DNA from: Anthoceros angustus
Taxonomy: Eukaryota > Plantae > Anthocerotophyta
Assembly (NCBI GenBank): GCA_010909165.1
Contig: MU008155.1
Location: forward strand, 2,232,001 to 2,296,000
Reading direction: 5' to 3'
Length of the DNA: 64,000 bases
The notes beneath the pieces were generated by a model that worked only from the letters and a program-made list of their open reading frames with translations, searched no databases and was not told the origin of the DNA. Positions within the stretch are counted from its first letter, which is position 1; each line of letters starts with the position of its first letter. Positions 11,727 through 21,611 of the stretch are shown here, piece by piece. Made by a program: the position numbers and the translations under genes.

Positions 11727-14700
11727 CTACTCATCCCCAACCAAAAAACTATGCACCAGTCCATCCTCGTCTGTCCACAAACTCTGACCCGGCTGCTTCC
11801 ATGCTCTGATTGTCTTTCTCCTTGCCTGCACCTTCTGTCCCTCCTCCCACATCTGAGCGCTGGTGTATATGTTCGACATCAGGACATATGCTGCAGCATC
11901 TTTCTCATTTGCCTTCACTGCTTGTCTGAAAGCATGGCGGCCCACCTCCACGTTCCTCCATTTTTGACAAGCACCCAACAGAGTATGCCACACTGCAGCA
12001 CAAGGCAGTCCGGGCATTGTTTGTGCTAAAGCCAGTGCTTCATCCAGCTGTCCTGCACGACTCAGCAGATCCACCATGCATGTGTAATGATCTTCTGTGG
12101 GAGTTATGCCGAAGCGTCCGGTCATACCCTCAAAATACTCCCATCCTTTGTTCACTAGACCTGCATGACTGCACACTGTTAGTGCACTAAGGAACGTGAT
12201 ATCAACTGGCTGTATGCCATCCTCTCTCATTCTCTCGACCAGGTCAAAGACCGCTTCACTGTCTCCTTGACAGGTGTAGCCTGCAATCAGTGCATTCCAG
12301 GCGCCAACGTCTCTTTCGTGCATTGCATCAAACACCTCCTGTGCGTCGACCATGCTCCCAGACTTTCCATACATGTTTATCAAACTGCTAGCTACGAAAA
12401 CATCAGCTTGAAGTCCTTGTTCTTGGATCTGTACGTGTAGCTGTCTTCCCAGATGCAAAGCTGCTACATTTGCACATGCCTGCAGGAGGCACACAAATGT
12501 CACGGAGTTAGGGACAGCGATGCCTTCTACTTGCATAACACTGTAGAGGCTAAGGGCTTCCTGGCTCATCCCCCGCTGGGAATACCCCGCGATTACAGCA
12601 GTCCACGTGACCAGATCTTTTCGACCAAGTTCACAAACACAATCTCAGCATCCTCCAAGCTGCCACACTTTGCATACATGTTCACCAAACTGCTGCCTAC
12701 ATACACATCATCCCCAAGTCCTTGTTCTCTAATCTGCGCATGCAGCTGCTTTCCCTTCTCCAAAGCTGTGGTGCCCACGATTGCGCATGCTTGAAGGAGG
12801 CAGACAAAAGTAACGGGATCGGGTACGGCAAGGCCCTCCTCTTGCATAGCACTGTAGAGACGAAGTGCTTCCTGACCCATGCCCTGCTGACAATACCCTG
12901 CAATTAGAACAGTCCACGTCACCACCTCTTTTTCACCAAGCCCGTCAAACACTCTGTGCATCTTCCACGCTGCACACTGTTAGTGCACTAAGGAACGTGA
13001 TATCAACTGGCTGTATGCCATCCTCTCTCATTCTCTCGACCAGGTCAAAGACCGCTTCACTGTCTCCTTGACAGGTGTAGCCTGCAATCAGTGCATTCCA
13101 GGCGCCAACGTCTCTTCGTGCATTGCATCAAACACCTCCTGTGCGTCGACCATGCTCCCAGACTTTCCATACATGTTTATCAAACTGCCAGCTACAAAAC
13201 ATCAGCTTGAAGTCCTTGTTCTTGGATCTGTACGTGTAGCTGTCTTCCCAGATGCAAAGCTGCTACATTTGCACATGCCTGCAGGAGGCACACAAATGTC
13301 ACGGAGTTAGGGACAGCGATGCCTTCTACTTGCATAACACTGTAGAGGCTAAGGGCTTCCTGGCTCATCCCCCGCTGGGAATACCCCGCGATTACAGCAG
13401 TCCACGTGACCAGATCTTTTCGACCAAGTTCGTCAAACACAATCTCAGCATCCTCCAAGCTGCCACACTTTGCATACATGTTCACCAAACTGCTGCCTAC
13501 ATACACATCATCCCCAAGTCCTTGTTCTCTAATCTGCGCATGCAGCTGCTTTCCCTTCTCCAAAGCTGTGGTGCCCACGATTGCGCATGCTTGAAGGAGG
13601 CAGACAAAAGTAACGGGATCGGGTACGGCAAGGCCCTCCTCTTGCATAGCACTGTAGAGACGAAGTGCTTCCTGACCCATGCCCTGCTGACAATACCCTG
13701 CAATTAGAACAGTCCACGTCACCACCTCTTTTTCACCAAGCCCGTCAAACACTCTCTGTGCATCTTCCACGCTGCCACACTTTGCATACATGTTCACCAA
13801 ACCACTGGATAGAAACCCATCACTGTGATGACCTCCTTCTATAATTTGCACATGAGCCTGCTTCCCCATGTCCAAAGCTGGGGCGCCCACACTTGCACAT
13901 GCCTGCAGGAGACAAGACAATGTTACCGAATTGGGAAGAGTAATCCCTTCCTCTAGCATAACGCTGTACAAAACAAGCGCTTCCTGGCCCATGCCCTGCT
14001 GTGAATACCCTGCTATCATGGCATTCCACGTCACGACATCTTTCTCACCAAGCCCGTCAAACAATTTCTGAGCATCTTCCAAGCTGCCACACTTTGCATA
14101 CATGTTTACCAAACTGTTGGCTACAAAGACATCAGCTTGATGTCCTCGTTCTCTAATTTGAGCATGAAGTTCCTTCCCCTTCTCCAAAGCTGGAGTTCCC
14201 AGACTTGCACATGCCTGTAGGAGGCACACAAATGTGATGGAATCGGGGACAGCATTGCCTCCATCTTGCATTGCATTGTACAGAGAAAGGGCCTTCTGGC
14301 CCATGCCCTGCTGTGAATACCCTGCTAACAGTACGTTCCATGTCACAACACCTTTTTGACCAAGGCCGTCAAACACTCTTTGAGCGTCTTCCAAGCTGCC
14401 ACACTTTACATACATGTTCACCAAACTACTGCCTACAAACACATCAGCTTGATGTCTCTGTTCTGTAATCTGAGCATGAAGCTGCTTCCCTCTCTCCAGA
14501 GCCGGAGTGCCCACACTTGCACATGCCTGCAGGAGGCAAAGAATTGTCACGGAATCAAGTATCACAACCCCGACTTCTTGCATAGCACTGTAGAGACCAA
14601 GGGCTTCCAGGCCCATTCCCTGCTGGGAATACCCTGCTATCATAGCAGTCCAAGTTACCACATCTTTGTGAGCAAGTCCATCAAACACTCTCTGAGCGTC

Positions 14701-16523
14701 TTCCAAGCTGCCGCACTTGGCGTACATGTTTACCAAACTGCTGCCGACAAACACATCAGCTTGATATCCTCGTTCTTTAATCTGCCCGTGAAGCTGCTTT
14801 CCATTCTCCAAAGCTGACGTGCCCAGTCTGGCACATGCCTGCAGGAGGCACACAAACGTCACAGAATCGGGTACAGCGATGCCCTCTTCTTGCATATCAC
14901 CATAGAGACGAAGGGCTTCCTGCCCCATGCCCTGTTGGGAATACCCTGCAATCAGGCCATTCCATGTCACCACATCTTTCTGACCAAGTCCGTCAAACAC
15001 ACTCTGAGCATCTTCCAAGCTGCCACATTTTGCATACATGTTCACCAAGCCATTACAGACAAACAAATCACCCTGAGCACCACTAGCCAAGACGTCAGCA
15101 TGCACCTGCTGCCCAGTCTTCAAGTCCGATGCCCTTGCACAAGCCTGAAGGGCCGCCACAAACACATGTCCGTCTGGCTTCACCTCTGACCTGCGCATCG
15201 CCTGATACAATTGCACAGCCTTCTTTTCTTGCCCGTGTTTAATATGGGCAGAAATTATGGTCGACCATGTGAAAGCATCTGGTTTGGCAACCAGTGCAAA
15301 TACATCAGCTTGATATCCTCGTTCTTTAATCTGCCCGTGAAGCTGCTTTCCATTCTCCAAGCTGACGTGCCCAGTCTGGCACATGCCTGCAGGAGGCACA
15401 CAAACGTCACAGAATCAGGTACAGCGATGCCCTCTTCTTGCATATCACCATAGAGACGAAGGGCTTCCTGCCCCATGCCCTGTTGGGAATACCCTGCAAT
15501 CAGGCCATTCCATGTCACCACATCTTTCTGACCAAGTCCGTCAAACACACTCTGAGCATCTTCCAAGCTGCCACATTTTGCATACATGTTCACCAAGCCA
15601 TTACAGACAAACAAATCACCCTGAGCACCACTAGCCAAGACGTCAGCATGCACCTGCTGCCCAGTCTTCAAGTCCGATGCCCTTGCACAAGCCTGAAGGG
15701 CCGCCACAAACACATGTCCGTCTGGCTTCACCTCTGACCTGCGCATCGCCTGATACAATTGCACAGCCTTCTTTTCTTGCCCGTGTTTAATATGGGCAGA
15801 AATTATGGTCGACCATGTGAAAGCATCTGGTTTGGCAACCAGTGCAAATACATCCATCGCGTCTTGCAACCTGCCATGAGAAGCGTACATTCGCAGGATG
15901 TGGAAGCCCAGGAACTTATCTGACTGGTACCCCTTCCTCACCGTGAAAGCATGGACACGCCGACCCAGGACAAGATCCTTTTTCACTACACATTTCTTCA
16001 TGACAGTACAAATGAGAGATTTGGCGATCCAGCGATTTGCCCGCACCAGAACTCCCAGAGCCTCAACGGCCTCGGTGATACGGCCCTCCTGACATAGTAT
16101 GCTCACGGTTTCAGCTGTTATACCACTATCGTAACCTGCAGGCCTGCAAGTCTCATCATCACCCGGTGGAATCCAGTCGGTAGCTGAAGGACACCCCATA
16201 TTCAGGGCAGCCAGCTGCCAATCCACCCAAGCTGGCTTGCAGAAGTCGTTCAACCAGAGGACCCCCTGGGACTGCCTGTGATGGAATTCAGGAGGACGAA
16301 GGCTCTCCTTTTTTTGCCTGTTATCCCACTTTCCTGTGGAATCCAGGAGGAACTTGCCACCACTCTGCCTCCAGCTTCTTGGATGGGCTGGCTTTCTTCC
16401 AAAGGTGCTGCATATTCCGACCTCATCGTGTTCCAATGGTGGGTTCCCTGATGTCACACGACCGGGAGCTCTTCCTAAAATATTTGATACCCAACAACTT
16501 GTCTCCGCTGAAACTGTCCACAT
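11727..16523 (-). CDS. PLS-class PPR protein (E+, WW-type PG box, DYW lost), RNA-editing specificity factor; interrupted in this assembly by two internal tandem duplications and indels
   Basis: ATG at 16523. P-L-S triplets occur in ORFs 15255-16523, 13192-15399, 12593-12961 and 11727-12569, followed by P2-L2-S2-E1-E2 and AWKQPGQSLWTDEDGLVHSFLVGDE*. Collapsing the duplications gives one ORF of roughly 1150 aa. Confidence 0.85.
12169..13774. repeat. ~800 bp tandem duplication inside the PPR gene
   Basis: GCACACTGTTAGTGCACTAAGG occurs at 12171 and 12972. The copies differ mainly by 1-2 nt indels. Junction microhomology is CTG(C)CACACT. Confidence 0.9.
14752..15853. repeat. 548 bp tandem duplication inside the PPR gene
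   Basis: Identical antisense ORFs at 14890 and 15438 (offset 548). Junction microhomology is ACATC, and there is a 1 nt deletion near 15360. Confidence 0.9.
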
Positions 16524-17454
16524 AACGGGTCCTCTGGCCCCTTTCGAGACTCAATTCCCACGCTCCATGCTGCCATTCGCTGGCCGGAGCACGATGAACT
16601 AGGTGGTCTACTCTACCTACCTGGAATGAACACCATTCCCAGCGCCCTTCACTTTCCAAGTGGTATTTTGTTAGTGGTAGAACGTAGAACCTCACCATTT
16701 ATGAAATGAAGGTGGGTTATTGTTTTTCACGCTCAATTAATTAGTGAAAAATTACAAACCCCGGCAGAGGCCGGCAGAGAGGATGGACTAGGTAGGCCTC
16801 CTGCCAGCCACCATTACCTGGCGTAGACATATACATCATTTGAAATTGTCATCCTCCATCTCACATGCAAGAAACACAGGTCCGCTGTCGTTTGCTTGAA
16901 TTTGTGAACGCTTCGCTCGGATCGGTGTCATGAGCAGTTAGCTCAGATCTGCGCTCTCGCATCGGATTTCCTCCATATCGGCCGCGGCAACTGCTCGATG
17001 GCAGCGAGCTGCAGCTGGTTACTGTGCCTGTGGCGGAAATTCAATGTGAGGTTCTGCGTGTGGACGTGTGTAATGTAGCTTGGTTCTTGAAGGATCAAAG
17101 CTGGAGCGAAGATTCGAGAGCTGTAGTCCTGGAGGCTGGCAGGACTGTAGTCTATAGCGGTTGTTCGGTGAGAAGCAAGCGTCGCGTGGCATTTGAGCCT
17201 CCTTCTCCTCCTTCTCCTGGAGAATCTGAGGAGAAGTAATTCTTTATTACGTAGACCCGAGAAATCTGAGGAGAGTCTGCTCACACCGATACGAGTGGGG
17301 AGTCCACACGTCCAAGCGAACGGTATTGCGATGCAACAGTTCTGATCACAAGCAGTGCAGATTGCTTGCTGCATTCCCTCCTTGGACAGAAACTCTGTAG
17401 TATACATACATCTTCTGCGGCTCTTTCAGGGAGCTTGAGCAGCTTCCGCTCGTT

Positions 17455-20400
17455 TTGACAGCAAACGACAAAGAACCAACCGTTGTGACACACCATCCCA
17501 CAGGATGGACTAGCTTGGTTGTCGCTTTGGTGTCCCCACATCTTTGGTGGGACAACAGGCGAAATAGGCAGAGTTTTCAGGAGGTCCTTGAGTTGAATAA
17601 CGCCTTCAAGCGGGCTCGGGAGGATGTTCAGCTGGTTGCTCTGGATATGGAGATAGTTCGGCCTGCCTCCAACTCCGTCTGGAACTTGCTGGATGGTTTT
17701 GAGTCTCGCAGGCCTGCAGGATACGCAAGGGATCTCACGGCTGAAACTGTGACAAAGCTATGTTATGAGGACCATCTCTCTGCTGCTGTTGAGGCTTTGG
17801 GAGTTCTGGTGCAAACAGACTGTTGTATTTCCAAACCCGTCGTTTACGCTGTGCTGAAGAAATGCGTAGTCAAGAAGGATCTCGTTCTGGGCCGCCGGGT
17901 GCATGCTTTTACGGTGAAGATGGGATACGAGAAGGACACGTTCCTGTGCAACCACGTTCTGCGAATGTATGCTTCTCATGGTAGGTTGGAAGACGCGATG
18001 GATGTGTTTGCCGTAGTTGCGGAACCGGATGCCTTCATGTGGTCGTCCGTAATTTCTGCTCATGTTAAACACGGACGAGACAAACAGGCTGTAGAATTGT
18101 ATCATCGAATGCGCAGGTCATGTGTGAAGCCAGATGCTCATGTATTTGTGGCAGCCCTTCAGGCTTGTGCAAGGGGTGGAGACTTGGAAACTGGGCAGCA
18201 GGTGCATGGTGATCTGTTGGCCAGTGGCGTGGAGCCTAATCTGTTCGTTTTCAGTGGCTTGGTGGATATGTACGCAAAGTGTGGCAACTTGAAAGACGCT
18301 CAACGAGTATTTGACGGACTTGCTGACAAGAATGTGGTAACGTGGAATGCTATGATAGCAGGGTATTCCCAGCAGGGCATTGGAGATGAAGCCCTGCGCC
18401 TTTACGGTGCAATGCAAGAAGAAGGTGTGGTTGCACCTGATTCTGTGACATTTGTGTGCCTCCTGCAGGCATGTGCAAGTGTGGGTATCCCATCTTTGGA
18501 GCAAGGGATGCAGCTTCATGCTCAAATTAGAGAACGAGCATACGAAGCTGATGTGTTTGTAGCCAGCAGTTTGGTGCACATGTATGCAACGTGTGGCAGC
18601 TTGGAAGACGCTCAGAGTGTGTTTGACGGAGTTGGTCAAAAAGATGTGGTGATGTGGACTGCTCTTATTGCAGGATATTCGAAGCAAGGCATGGGCCAGG
18701 AAGCTCTTCGTCTTTACAGTGCTATGCAAGATGAAGGCATGGCTGTACCTAACTCAGTGACATTTGTGTGCCTCCTGCAGGCATGTTCAAGTGTGGGAAT
18801 CTCAGCTCTGGAAACGGGGAAGCAGCTTCATGCACAAATTGGAGAACGAGGGTACCAAGGTGAATTGTTTGTAGCCAACAGTTTGATAGACATGTATGCA
18901 AAGTGTGGCAGCCTAGAGGATGCTCAAAGCGTTTTCGATGCACTTCGTGAAAAAGACGTGGTGACTTGGAATGCCTTGATAGCAGGGTATGCCCAGCGTG
19001 GCCTGGGCCAGGAAGCCCTTCTTCTTTATACTTGTATGCAAGAAGAGGGCAGAGCTGTACCTGATGCCGTGACATTTGTGAGCCTCCTGCAGGCATGTGC
19101 AAGTATGGGTAACCTGGCTTTGGAGCTAGGAAAGCAGCTTCACACTCAAATTAGAGTACGAGGACACCAAGACGATGTGTTGGTAGTCAACAGTTTGGTT
19201 ACTATGTACGCTAAGTGTGGCAGCTTGGAAGATGCTCGGAGAGTGTTCGATGGACTCAGTCACAAGGATGTGGTGACCTGGACTGCCCTCATTGCAGGAT
19301 ATTCACAACAGGGCCTGGGACAGGAAGCCCTTCGTCTGTACAGCAATATGCAAGAAGGTGGCATGGCTGTTCCCGATTCTGTGACGTTTGTGTGCCTCCT
19401 GCAGGCATGTGCAAGTGTGGGCATCCCAGCTTTCAAGAAGGGAAAGCAGCTTCATGTTGAAATCAAAGAACGAGGATATCTAAGTGATATGGCTGTAGCC
19501 AACAGTGTGGTCAACATGTATACAAAGTGTGGAAGCCTGGAGGATGCTCAGAGAGTATTTGATAGTCTTGGTCAAAAGACTGTGGTGACATGGAATACAA
19601 TGATTGCAGGATATTTCCACCAGGGCATGGGCCAGGAAGCCCTTCACCTATACAGGGCGGTGGAAGAAGAAAACGTCGTTGTGCCAAATGCCACAACATT
19701 TGGGTACCTCCTGCAGGCATGTGGAAATGTTGCAGCGTTGCATTTGGGAAGGCGGCTCCATGCACAAATTGAGGTGCAAGGGCTTCAAGCCGATCTGTTC
19801 ATAGCCGGTAATTTGATAAGCATGTATGGAAAGTGCGGGAGCTTGGTTGATGCCCAGCAGGTGTTTGATGAATTGCCCGCTCGAAATATAGTTGTCTGGA
19901 ATGCACTAGTTGCAGGATACAGCCACCAAGGAGATAGTGAAGCGGTCTTTAACTTGGTTCTCAGAATGAGAAATGATGGGATCCAGCCAGACGGTATTAC
20001 CTTTCTTGGTGTGCTCTCGGTATGCAGTCACATGGGTCTGGTGGGCAAAGGGCAACAGTACTTTGAGGCTATGAGCAGACAATACAGCATCAGCCCAACA
20101 GTGGAACACTACACATGCATGGTGGACCTGCTGGGTCGTGCTGGCCGGCTGGATGAGGCACTAGATTTGGTCAAGACAATGTCTGTACCTCCGGATGCTG
20201 CAGTTTGGCACAATCTGTTGGGGGCATGTCGAAAGTGGAGCAATGTGCAGGTCGGACTCGTTTCCTTCAACCAGGCAGTGAAGCTAGACACAAAGGATGC
20301 TGCAGCTTATGTGTTGATGGCAAGCATATACACTGGTGCCCAGATGTGGGAGCAGGCACAGGAAATGCAGACAAGGAGAATAGGAACGAGGGCATGGAAA

Positions 20401-20514
20401 CAGCCAGGTAAGAGCTGGTGGACGGACATGGAGGGGGTGGTGCATAGTTTCTTCGTTGGGGAGAAGAAGCTTTTTAAGAGTCGGAAAAGATGGAATTGGG
20501 TATGCGATGAATGA
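17455..20514 (+). CDS. PLS-class PPR protein (E+, WW-type PG box, DYW lost), paralog of the 11.7-16.5 kb gene; true start uncertain
   Basis: A 1019 aa open frame with PLS triplets, P2L2S2-E1-E2 and AWKQPGKSWWTDMEGVVHSFFVGE. The N-terminus is homologous to the divergent paralog (TAETVxxLCxE...KKCVVKKDLVLGRRVH). The ORF starts at TTG, and a possible acceptor TTTCAG at 17429 suggests an upstream exon. Confidence 0.92.
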   Translation: MTANDKEPTVVTHHPTGWTSLVVALVSPHLWWDNRRNRQSFQEVLELNNAFKRAREDVQLVALDMEIVRPASNSVWNLLDGFESRRPAGYARDLTAETVTKLCYEDHLSAAVEALGVLVQTDCCISKPVVYAVLKKCVVKKDLVLGRRVHAFTVKMGYEKDTFLCNHVLRMYASHGRLEDAMDVFAVVAEPDAFMWSSVISAHVKHGRDKQAVELYHRMRRSCVKPDAHVFVAALQACARGGDLETGQQVHGDLLASGVEPNLFVFSGLVDMYAKCGNLKDAQRVFDGLADKNVVTWNAMIAGYSQQGIGDEALRLYGAMQEEGVVAPDSVTFVCLLQACASVGIPSLEQGMQLHAQIRERAYEADVFVASSLVHMYATCGSLEDAQSVFDGVGQKDVVMWTALIAGYSKQGMGQEALRLYSAMQDEGMAVPNSVTFVCLLQACSSVGISALETGKQLHAQIGERGYQGELFVANSLIDMYAKCGSLEDAQSVFDALREKDVVTWNALIAGYAQRGLGQEALLLYTCMQEEGRAVPDAVTFVSLLQACASMGNLALELGKQLHTQIRVRGHQDDVLVVNSLVTMYAKCGSLEDARRVFDGLSHKDVVTWTALIAGYSQQGLGQEALRLYSNMQEGGMAVPDSVTFVCLLQACASVGIPAFKKGKQLHVEIKERGYLSDMAVANSVVNMYTKCGSLEDAQRVFDSLGQKTVVTWNTMIAGYFHQGMGQEALHLYRAVEEENVVVPNATTFGYLLQACGNVAALHLGRRLHAQIEVQGLQADLFIAGNLISMYGKCGSLVDAQQVFDELPARNIVVWNALVAGYSHQGDSEAVFNLVLRMRNDGIQPDGITFLGVLSVCSHMGLVGKGQQYFEAMSRQYSISPTVEHYTCMVDLLGRAGRLDEALDLVKTMSVPPDAAVWHNLLGACRKWSNVQVGLVSFNQAVKLDTKDAAAYVLMASIYTGAQMWEQAQEMQTRRIGTRAWKQPGKSWWTDMEGVVHSFFVGEKKLFKSRKRWNWVCDE

Positions 20515-20602
20515 AGGATACGTTGTACATTTGGATTCGATGAGAACAGAGTTCCTAAATTTGGGGTTCTGCCAGAATATACGAAAGCTGGTTCCCAAAT
20601 GA
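20507..20602 (+). pseudogene. Frameshifted, decayed DYW:WW remnant
   Basis: An alternate frame reads MNEGYVVHLDSMRTEFLNLGFCQNIRKLVPK*, matching MKxEGYVPHLDS...LCGHSEKL. Confidence 0.7.
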
Positions 20603-20934
20603 GATGGTCCACTCTGCCTAACTCCACTTGCTTTCACTACTGGGCATCATAAACGAAAGTTTCCTGGGAAGGAAGAACAGATACACTTATCTTTTAATCG
20701 CAGGCAAGCACAGATGATTCGAGGTGCTTTGTTAGTCTATTGCAAATCAATTTATGTTTTACCTGGTACAAATTTTGGGATTACGAAAGTAGATCTTCAC
20801 CGGTCCCACAGCGATCGAGACTCTGCTGGAGGAAATCCCGGGTCTTTAACCAGTGAGCCCTTGTTTGTACCAGACCGAGCTCCTCCTTTTAGATGCTCAA
20901 TCCCCTACACTAATCAAGTTTATGATATGAAGAC

Positions 20935-21322
20935 GCTATGAGCAGACGATGCAGCATCACCCCCACAGTGGTGCACTACACATGCATGGTGGACCTCTTG
21001 GGCCGTGGTGGGCTAATGGATGGGGCACCAGCTGCGGTAAAGACAATTTCTGTACTTCCCGATGCAGCAGTTTGGCACAATCCGTTGGGTGCATGTCGAA
21101 AATGGAGAACTGTGCAGGTCGTACTCCTTGCCTTCAACCAGGCAGTGAACCTAGACACAAACAAATGCCCCAGCTTGCATGCTGATGACAAACATATGCA
21201 CTGGTACTCGGATGTGGGAGCAGGCACAGACAGGAAGATTAGAACCGGACATGGGCGGGCTTGTCGGAAAAGATGGAAACGGGTATGCCGTGAATAACGA
21301 GGTATTTGTTGTACATTTGGAT
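20935..21322 (+). pseudogene. Diverged duplicate of the 3' end (S2-E1-E2) of the upstream PPR gene
   Basis: MSRRCSITPTVVHYTCMVDLLGR...GACRKWR matches 20067-20535, with a frameshift and deletions. Confidence 0.85.
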
Positions 21323-21611
21323 ACGATCATCTATTGCAATAGAAACTGTCCTCGCTGACTTCTGTTGCACCAAGCTCCATCCTAGTTGTATACATTTCGC
21401 TTGACTAAAAATGCTGTGCAGTTTACGAAGTGAGCTGAGAAATGAAATTTCTAGAAACCGATAGTTATCGTTTGATTTGAAGCTCGTTCTGTGGGAAATA
21501 ACCATCATAGATCAGACGTTTGCAGAAATATCGTTCTTCAGTTTTCGTTTGCCTGCAGACACGCCAGTAGCACAGATTAAGTCAGGGGACTTGCGAAAAT
21601 CAACTTCAATT

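Noticed and set aside
11727-20514. PPR genes as U-to-C (DYW:KP) editing factors
   Set aside because: The box is KQPG..WW/LW (WW type), not KPAxA, and no intact deaminase domain is present.
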